From a candidate division WOR-3 bacterium (GTDB taxonomy: Bacteria > Hydrothermota > UBA3072 > B12-G15), in contig CBFGJG010000007.1 in assembly GCA_965649055.1 (NCBI GenBank), positions 40,037 to 63,782 on the forward strand: a DNA stretch of 23,746 nt, written 5' to 3'. The notes below the pieces were generated by a model. That model was not told the origin of the DNA and searched no databases. It saw nothing but the letters and a program-made list of their open reading frames with translations. Every line of letters begins with the position of its first letter. Within the stretch, counting starts at the first letter, position 1. The position numbers were made by a program, and so were the translations under genes. Shown here in pieces: positions 16,907 to 23,746 of the stretch.

Positions 16907-18568
16907 ATGACAAAAGTAAAAGAAAATTTTTTTTGTATTCTTTATATATTTTTTATTTCTATTTTATCACATCTTTTATTTTCATCATTGGGTTTTACAC
17001 CAACAGATGATGGATTTATTTTGGCGGGCAGCCGAAGAATAATTGAAAGGCAAATTCCCCATAAAGATTTTATTACCGTAAGACCACCTGGTTCTTTCTA
17101 TATTCATACTTTAGATATAATTTTAGGTGGTGAATTTGTTTTTTTGTTCTCTCGTTTTTTAGTTTTACTGCAATTTGCCTGTATATCCTGGATTTGGACA
17201 ATTATCATTACTGAAGTATATAAAAAATTCCTTTCTTTATTTGAAAAAATATTACTTAGCACTATATCTTTTATTTTCTGTGTCCATTTTTTTCCCCTTA
17301 TGCCATGGCATTCTATTGATGGTCTTTTTTTTATCAGTGTTGGTATAATCTTTTCTAAATCACCGCAAATGATTAAAAAGATAATAGGATATTTCTTTAT
17401 AGGATCTGCTTCTCTATGTAAGCAAAATTTTTTAATTTTAATACCTGTAACATTAATCATAAATGATGATTACAAAAAAATTCTATACTGGCTTGTGTCC
17501 ATCAGTCCGATTTTATTCTATTTCTTTTTTCTTTTATTTTCAGGTTCTTTTAATGATGCTATTATACAGCTATTAACGCATACAGAATTTTTTAATGCAG
17601 GAATAAAAAATTATATAAAAAACTATTATTTTCCCTGGGGAATATTGTTTGGTGTTTTTATAAGTTATTTGAATAATGAAAAAGTGTTATTAAAGAAAAA
17701 TATTTATTGCATTATAAATATTATAGTAAATATCATATTATACATTTTCTTTATTTTTGCATTGAGGCTTCCATCCCATTTCCCAAATATAAGTTTTTTT
17801 GTATTAGGAATTGTAATAGGTAAAACATTTTTTCTTCTAAAAGAAAATGACTTAGAAATTAATTCGAAATTAAAAGTAAATTTACTGACTATTTTTACGG
17901 CTTGGTGTATATCTATTTCATTAGGTTGGAATAATCCTTCTTTAATGTCTGGACCCTTAATGTTAGTAATAATGGCTTCTCAAATAAATAGTAAATATTT
18001 TTTTAAAAAATATTCGCAAAATGCAATTTTAAAATTACTTTATAATTTTCAGTATAAATATAAAATTATTTTAGAGTTGTATTTAATTATTTTAATATGC
18101 GTATTCAAACATATTAGAGAAAATTATATATATTATGAAGAGCCTAAACCACAATTAACAGAGCGACTTGACGGAATATTTCCTGGTGGAAATGGTATTA
18201 AAACAAATATAACAACTTTTCAAGTCTTGAAGGATTTAAATATTGCAAAAAAATATGTTATAAAAAATGGTAAAAAATACTGTATAGTTCCTGATTTAGC
18301 GGCGAATTGGGTTAAAGATTCACAAATTAATCCATTACCAATTGATTGGCTAAATATTACTGAGATAGCAAATCCAAAACTAATAGAGAAGATAAAAAAT
18401 AGTTTAGATTCTATGAATGGAAATATTATAATTATAATTACAAAGTACAGAACATTTCAGCTTTCAAAAGGATTAGAACGAGTATCAACGAGTCATCCAA
18501 TAATTAATTTTATTTTAACAAATTTCCAAAAGATTTTTGAAACCGAATATTTCGAACTATATTATTAA
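16907..18568 (+). CDS. Polytopic membrane protein, possible GT-C fold glycosyltransferase
   Basis: Many TM segments. The first loop PTDDG...PHKDF...RPPG resembles GT-C/ArnT-like proteins. Soluble C-terminal domain. Confidence 0.6.
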   Translation: MTKVKENFFCILYIFFISILSHLLFSSLGFTPTDDGFILAGSRRIIERQIPHKDFITVRPPGSFYIHTLDIILGGEFVFLFSRFLVLLQFACISWIWTIIITEVYKKFLSLFEKILLSTISFIFCVHFFPLMPWHSIDGLFFISVGIIFSKSPQMIKKIIGYFFIGSASLCKQNFLILIPVTLIINDDYKKILYWLVSISPILFYFFFLLFSGSFNDAIIQLLTHTEFFNAGIKNYIKNYYFPWGILFGVFISYLNNEKVLLKKNIYCIINIIVNIILYIFFIFALRLPSHFPNISFFVLGIVIGKTFFLLKENDLEINSKLKVNLLTIFTAWCISISLGWNNPSLMSGPLMLVIMASQINSKYFFKKYSQNAILKLLYNFQYKYKIILELYLIILICVFKHIRENYIYYEEPKPQLTERLDGIFPGGNGIKTNITTFQVLKDLNIAKKYVIKNGKKYCIVPDLAANWVKDSQINPLPIDWLNITEIANPKLIEKIKNSLDSMNGNIIIIITKYRTFQLSKGLERVSTSHPIINFILTNFQKIFETEYFELYY

Positions 18569-18645
18569 ATTATAAAATGATTTTAGAATTACTGATATGG
18601 ATAAATTATTGACAATTTGATATTTTCAACTATAAAATTTAGCAT

Positions 18646-19554
18646 ATGAATGTTAATCTTGTAAGCATAATTATACCAAATTATAATAAAGGGAAATATA
18701 TAAAAGAAGCAATAGATTCTGCATTGAATCAGACATATAAGAACATAGAAGTTATAGTTGTTGATGATGGTTCAACGGATGAATCAATAGAGATAATAAA
18801 GTCTTATGGAAAGAAAATAAAGGCATATTTTTTACCACACAAGAATGCAAATGTTGCAAGGAATTATGGATTCAAAAAATCAAGAGGTGAATATATTCAG
18901 TTTCTTGATTCTGATGATATAATCTCAAAGGATAAGATAGAAAAGCAGGTAGAAGTATTTAAAAAAGAAGAAATTGACATTGTTTTATGCCACTGGCGTC
19001 ATTTCAATGATGATGGGAGTATGGAAGATATAAGAAAAATACCTGAATATTTAAAGAATAGAGAACTTTTAAAATGGATACTAAAAGGAAATTGGTTTAG
19101 TCCCTGTGCACCTTTATATAAAAGAAAATTCATATCTGATTTATCCTGGGATGAATCTTTAAGAAGGGCACAGGATTCTGATTTCCATTTTAAGGTTGCT
19201 TTAAAAGAACCTAAAATTAAAACTATTAAAGAAGTTCTTGCATATTACAGAAATACTGATAAAAAATTAAAATCCCATACAGAATATAGAAGAATCTGGC
19301 TTGAGGATACATACAAAGTATATTTGAATCTTATTCCATATATTGATGATAAAGAAAAAAAACTGCTTGCAAAAAGGCTTTTTCATATTGGAAGAAATTT
19401 TTATGATATTAATAGACAAAAATACCATGAAATTATAAAAAAGGTTTTTGAAATCTCTAATAAATTTAAACCTGAAGAAAGCAAATGGTATAATTTACTT
19501 TATGAAATATTAGGTTTAGAATTTACTGAGAAAATTGTGAAAATATGCAAGTAA
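18646..19554 (+). CDS. Glycosyltransferase family 2
   Basis: VSIIIPNYN...VIVVDDGSTD...ARNYG...FLDSDD. Confidence 0.95.
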   Translation: MNVNLVSIIIPNYNKGKYIKEAIDSALNQTYKNIEVIVVDDGSTDESIEIIKSYGKKIKAYFLPHKNANVARNYGFKKSRGEYIQFLDSDDIISKDKIEKQVEVFKKEEIDIVLCHWRHFNDDGSMEDIRKIPEYLKNRELLKWILKGNWFSPCAPLYKRKFISDLSWDESLRRAQDSDFHFKVALKEPKIKTIKEVLAYYRNTDKKLKSHTEYRRIWLEDTYKVYLNLIPYIDDKEKKLLAKRLFHIGRNFYDINRQKYHEIIKKVFEISNKFKPEESKWYNLLYEILGLEFTEKIVKICK

Positions 19555-20690
19555 TTATTTCTTGTCCAGGAAAATTTCATATCTTTGATGTTGCAACTTT
19601 TTTTGAGAAATATGGCGTTTTGGCGAAAGTTATATCAGGATACCCTTATTTCCTTCTAAAAAATGCTACAATTCCTAAAGATAAAATTTATTCAATTCCA
19701 GTTCAATATTTAAGCCTTCTTAAACAAAAAATAAAACTTGTGAATTCATTTTTTCCATATGGATTAGAACCTGTTATTTTTGACTACGTTTGTTCTAAAT
19801 ATTTAAAAAATGTTGATCTCTTTCACGGATTTCCTAATTGGATGTTAAAATCATCTAGAGAGTCCCAGAAAAAAGAAATAATTGTTGTTGCTGAGGGAAG
19901 TTCAACCCATATACTTTACAGAGAAAAAATTTTGCAGATAGAGTTTAAAAAACTTAAAATTAAATTTTATCCACACAACCCTCTAAATATTAAAAGACAA
20001 CTTGAAGAATATGAAATTTCAAACTATATTTTAGTCCCAAGTGAATTTGCAGGTAAATCATATATTGAATATGGTTTACCCAAAGAAAAAATTATAAAAA
20101 TTCCTTATGGTGTAACAGATTTATTTTTCAAAGAATATCCGAGAAAAAAAAAAGAAGAAATAATAATTGTTGGAACAATAGGAATTGTGAAAGGAACACA
20201 TTATTTACTTGAAGCATATAGAAGATTAAAGGGAAAAGATAAAAGATTAAGATTGCATTTAATTGGATTTTTTAGGGAAGATATGAAGGAAATTATAAGA
20301 AAAAATAGTGATTTAATTGATTTTATAGGAGTAATTAAGAAAAAAGATTTACCAGAATATTTTTCTAATGTTGATATTTTTATTCAACCTTCTTTACAAG
20401 AAGGATTTTCTATATTGATTCTTGAAGCAATGGCTTCGGGTTTACCTGTAATAGTATCTACAAATACAGGTGTGAATGAGATAATTAAAAATGGGGAAGA
20501 TGGACTGATTGTTCCAATATGTGATTCTCAGGCAATTTATGATAAATTAAAATTTCTTATTGAAAATGAAAATATGAGGATTAGTATTGGAGAAAATGCA
20601 AGAAAAAAGGCAAAATTATATACATGGGAAAGATATGCAGATGAATATATTAGAATTTTTGAAGATATTGTTAAAAAAAGAAAGAATTGA
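19545..20690 (+). CDS. Glycosyltransferase family 4
   Basis: KGTHYLLEA...FIQPSLQEGFSILILEAMASGLPVI. Confidence 0.93.
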   Translation: MQVIISCPGKFHIFDVATFFEKYGVLAKVISGYPYFLLKNATIPKDKIYSIPVQYLSLLKQKIKLVNSFFPYGLEPVIFDYVCSKYLKNVDLFHGFPNWMLKSSRESQKKEIIVVAEGSSTHILYREKILQIEFKKLKIKFYPHNPLNIKRQLEEYEISNYILVPSEFAGKSYIEYGLPKEKIIKIPYGVTDLFFKEYPRKKKEEIIIVGTIGIVKGTHYLLEAYRRLKGKDKRLRLHLIGFFREDMKEIIRKNSDLIDFIGVIKKKDLPEYFSNVDIFIQPSLQEGFSILILEAMASGLPVIVSTNTGVNEIIKNGEDGLIVPICDSQAIYDKLKFLIENENMRISIGENARKKAKLYTWERYADEYIRIFEDIVKKRKN

Positions 20691-21819
20691 TATTCTTTTA
20701 ACACATTATACAGACCCAAGAAGTTATCCAACTGAATTATACACTATAAATATTTTAAGAAAAGAAGGTTTTAATGTTAAAGAAATTTGTATAGAAGTTA
20801 AATCTTCTTATGGAGATATTGATAAATCAGTATTTATTTTTACAGGGAAAAGAAAAGGAAAATTTCATTATTTATATACATATCCAATATTCTGTATAAC
20901 TATTTTCTTATATACTTTGCTGAAAAGACCTAAATTAATATTTGCTTACGAAACATTTGCATTTATGCCATCATTTATAACTGCGAAAATTTTTAATATT
21001 CCAATTATTTATCATATACACGATATATTTCAAAAGAAAGGACTCGGAATTTTTGGGTTGATATTAAAATCATTCGAAAATAAATTTATTAAATTTTCAA
21101 ATATTATTTCAATGCCGAATAAAAATAGAATAGAATACTATGAAAATATTTCAAAGTTGCCAGAGAAAAAATATGTCATTTTTAATGCAATTTCAATAAA
21201 AGAGGATTTGTTTAAAAAAAATAAATTAAAAAATATAACAGGAAAAAAAAATAATATTAAAAAATGGATTGTTAAGACTGGTGGTTTAGGTGATGACCAG
21301 TGTATAAAAGAATTAATACTATCTTTGAAATATTTACCAGATGAAATTGGTATTATTCTTGCTGGGAGAATTAAAGATGATTTTAAACAGGAAATAGAAG
21401 TCTTGTTGAGAAAAAAGGAATATTCTGGTAGAGTCATATTCTTTAATTATGTTCCAAGAGAAGAAATATTAGGATTTTTAAGAAAAGGATTTATTGGAGT
21501 GTCATTATATAAACCAGAGAATATAAATAATGAATTTCCAGCACCAATGAAACTTGCAGAATTTATTGCAGCAGGGATTCCAGCCGTAGTTAATGATTCT
21601 GAATATTTCAGGGAATTGAATAAAAAGGTTGGTTCTTTTGTCTTTGCAGACCCATATTCACCTGAAAGTATTGCTAAAGCGATATTGAAGGTATATAAAG
21701 ATAAAAAACTTGAGAAGAAATTAAGGGAAAATTCTAAAAAAGCATATAAAACATTTTATAATTTTGAATATCAGTTTGAACCAGTATTAAAAGAGATAAA
21801 AAAATGGGTAAAAAAATGA
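20641..21819 (+). CDS. Glycosyltransferase family 4 (start uncertain; ORF open from 20587)
   Basis: IIYHIHD and PMKLAEFIAAGIPAVVND motifs, GT-B C-terminus. Confidence 0.8.
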   Translation: MNILEFLKILLKKERIDILLTHYTDPRSYPTELYTINILRKEGFNVKEICIEVKSSYGDIDKSVFIFTGKRKGKFHYLYTYPIFCITIFLYTLLKRPKLIFAYETFAFMPSFITAKIFNIPIIYHIHDIFQKKGLGIFGLILKSFENKFIKFSNIISMPNKNRIEYYENISKLPEKKYVIFNAISIKEDLFKKNKLKNITGKKNNIKKWIVKTGGLGDDQCIKELILSLKYLPDEIGIILAGRIKDDFKQEIEVLLRKKEYSGRVIFFNYVPREEILGFLRKGFIGVSLYKPENINNEFPAPMKLAEFIAAGIPAVVNDSEYFRELNKKVGSFVFADPYSPESIAKAILKVYKDKKLEKKLRENSKKAYKTFYNFEYQFEPVLKEIKKWVKK

Positions 21820-22880
21820 AGATATTAATAATTGAACCAATTGGAGGGCTTGCTGGTTCAGAGAGATCATTATTTGAATTTTTGTCTAATATTAAAGGAG
21901 ACGAAGATTGGAATATTACAGTTTTTTGTCCGAAAGGAGAATTTTGTAATCTAATAAGAAAATATGTTAAAGTGCTTCCTTTTGGAATAACAGATTTGCA
22001 TAAGAAAAATGTAGTTTACAAAATACTGAATTTTATAAATCTATTAATTTCTACAATTATAATTAGACCACAAATAATTCATATAAATCAAGCGGGTATT
22101 TACAAACATGTTGGATTAATTTGCAAAATATTTAAAATACCCTTAATAATTCACGTAAGAATAATAGAAGATGCAAAAAGACTGAGATGCAGCGATGATA
22201 AAAATTTCAATATAAAAAAAATAATAGTAAATTCAAAATTTACGGGTTCATATATAAAAAAGTGTCTGAAAAAGTATTTAAAGATTGTATATTCTTCTGT
22301 TTCTCATTTTTTAAAAAATGCTCAAAAAACTAGTAAAATTAGAAGAATAGGAATTGTAGGAAGAATTACAAAAAATAAGAAACAACATATTTTTGTAAAA
22401 GCTTCTAAGAACATACTACCCCTTTATAAAAATATTCAATTTTTATTATTTGGGAATCTGGTTGAATCTGAATATCTAGAAGAGCTGAAAAAAATAGCGG
22501 GAAATGATTGGAATACAAATATTATTTATAAAGGAGAATTAAATCCAAAAGAAATATTTTCACAAATTGAAATACTTGTCCATACTACAGAAATTGAACC
22601 GCTTGGGAGGGTGGTTCTAGAAGCAATTGCAGAAGGTATTCCGGTAATTGTTCCAGATAAAGGCGGAACATTTGAAATAGCAAAGGCATTAAATTGTGGA
22701 TTGATATTTAAAACCGATGATATAAAAGATTTAGAAAACAAGATAAAATATGCCTTAAAAAACTATGAAAAATTAAAAGATGAAACTTTAAAGGCACAAA
22801 AAAAATTAAAGGAAATATTTGGAATTGAAAATTATATAAAAGAAATAAAAAAAATATATCAGGAGGTTTTAAATAAATGA
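21816..22880 (+). CDS. Glycosyltransferase family 4
   Basis: Likely start 21816 (ATGA overlap). GGLAGSERSL, VGRITKNKKQ and EPLGRVVLEAIAEGIPVI motifs. Confidence 0.9.
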   Translation: MKILIIEPIGGLAGSERSLFEFLSNIKGDEDWNITVFCPKGEFCNLIRKYVKVLPFGITDLHKKNVVYKILNFINLLISTIIIRPQIIHINQAGIYKHVGLICKIFKIPLIIHVRIIEDAKRLRCSDDKNFNIKKIIVNSKFTGSYIKKCLKKYLKIVYSSVSHFLKNAQKTSKIRRIGIVGRITKNKKQHIFVKASKNILPLYKNIQFLLFGNLVESEYLEELKKIAGNDWNTNIIYKGELNPKEIFSQIEILVHTTEIEPLGRVVLEAIAEGIPVIVPDKGGTFEIAKALNCGLIFKTDDIKDLENKIKYALKNYEKLKDETLKAQKKLKEIFGIENYIKEIKKIYQEVLNK

Positions 22881-23746
22881 AGATATTAATCTTGGGATTT
22901 GACAGGTTTGATTCACTTGAATGGAATCTGAAAGATACATTTGAAAAGATTGGAATAGAATGCAATATTATAGACCCATATTTAAAAATTCCATTTAAAT
23001 ATAAATTTTACCTTAAAAAATTAATACTTTATTCTGAAAAGATAGGAGATATTTTTTGGAAAAACTTTATAAAAAACCTAAAAATTTCAGATTATAATTT
23101 AATAATTTTAACATTACAGGATGCACCAGAATGGTTTATAGATGAGATAAAGAAAAATAAAATACCAGTGATAAACTGGAATCCGGATTCTTTTAATGCA
23201 CTTTTATGGAATCACGAGCGTATACTAACTTCAAATTATGATTTGTGGATATTTGAAGACCGTTATTTTGAAATAATTTTTAAGATGTTCCCTTTGCCTT
23301 CATTGTATCTTCCAGAAGGATTTAATCCTTCAATACATAAACCAATGGATATTCCTAAAAAAGAAGCAGAGAAATCAGGAGCAGATATTGTTATTGCAGG
23401 AACTCTTTATCCTACAAGGGCAAAGATACTTGAAAATCTTACAGAATATGATTTAAAAATTTACGGGGATATTCCAAAATGGCTTAAATCTCCTGTCTTA
23501 AAATTTCATCAGAATAAATACATTACTGGAATTGAAAAATCAGAAATTTTTTATTCTGCAAAAATATGTTTAAATACCTTTACTTATACAAATATTTCTG
23601 GGACCAATTGCAGATTATTTGAGATAGCAGGTTCAGGTGGTTTTCAAATTTCTGAATACAGGGACGAAATACCAAAATTCTTTGAACCTGATAAAGAGAT
23701 AGTTTTATTTAAAACAATTGATGAATTAAAAGAAAAGATTGATTAT
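22877..23746 (+). CDS. CgeB-like glycosyltransferase (Glyco_trans_1_2), runs off the right edge
   Basis: Manual translation from ATG 22877 (GGAGG upstream): MKILILGFD...YLPEGFNPSIHKP...AKICLN...NCRLFEIAGSGGFQISEYRDEIPKFFEPDKEIVLF. Confidence 0.85.
   Translation, partial: MKILILGFDRFDSLEWNLKDTFEKIGIECNIIDPYLKIPFKYKFYLKKLILYSEKIGDIFWKNFIKNLKISDYNLIILTLQDAPEWFIDEIKKNKIPVINWNPDSFNALLWNHERILTSNYDLWIFEDRYFEIIFKMFPLPSLYLPEGFNPSIHKPMDIPKKEAEKSGADIVIAGTLYPTRAKILENLTEYDLKIYGDIPKWLKSPVLKFHQNKYITGIEKSEIFYSAKICLNTFTYTNISGTNCRLFEIAGSGGFQISEYRDEIPKFFEPDKEIVLFKTIDELKEKIDY

Noticed and set aside
14679..16910. Short ORFs 14679-14945, 16254-16613, 16384-16728, 16725-16910
   Set aside because: They lie in or begin in arrays 4 and 5. 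Recurrent repeat peptides, no independent evidence of coding.
290..22965. Antisense ORFs inside long genes (e.g. 290-631, 5215-5472, 15698-16069, 17104-17460, 21138-21437)
   Set aside because: Shadow frames of well-supported genes, with no recognisable motifs.

Overview
AT-rich bacterial window, probably a diderm (lipoprotein, LolA-like and beta-barrel-like genes). It holds the start of a minus-strand sugar operon (RmlC-like cupin, GT4), a lipoprotein, a TetR-MMPL/RND-LolA-like-beta-barrel operon, and a long surface-polysaccharide cluster (GT4s, GT2, NodU-type carbamoyltransferase, Wzx flippase, two methyltransferases, GDP-mannose 3,5-epimerase-like enzyme, CgeB-like GT). The most striking feature is non-coding: five intergenic arrays of a modular palindromic repeat, (T)GTCATT[C/G/A]CGAG-insert-CGTGG[G/C/T]AATC. 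I count 27 complete units by eye. They show compensatory base pairing, interchangeable short or 32-35 nt inserts, exactly one inverted unit per array, and a conserved terminal motif in three arrays. Two arrays flank a small stand-alone GIY-YIG nuclease gene, an arrangement like a REP/RAYT locus but with a GIY-YIG enzyme instead of an HUH transposase. This is a candidate repeat-nuclease system; the functional link is inference.
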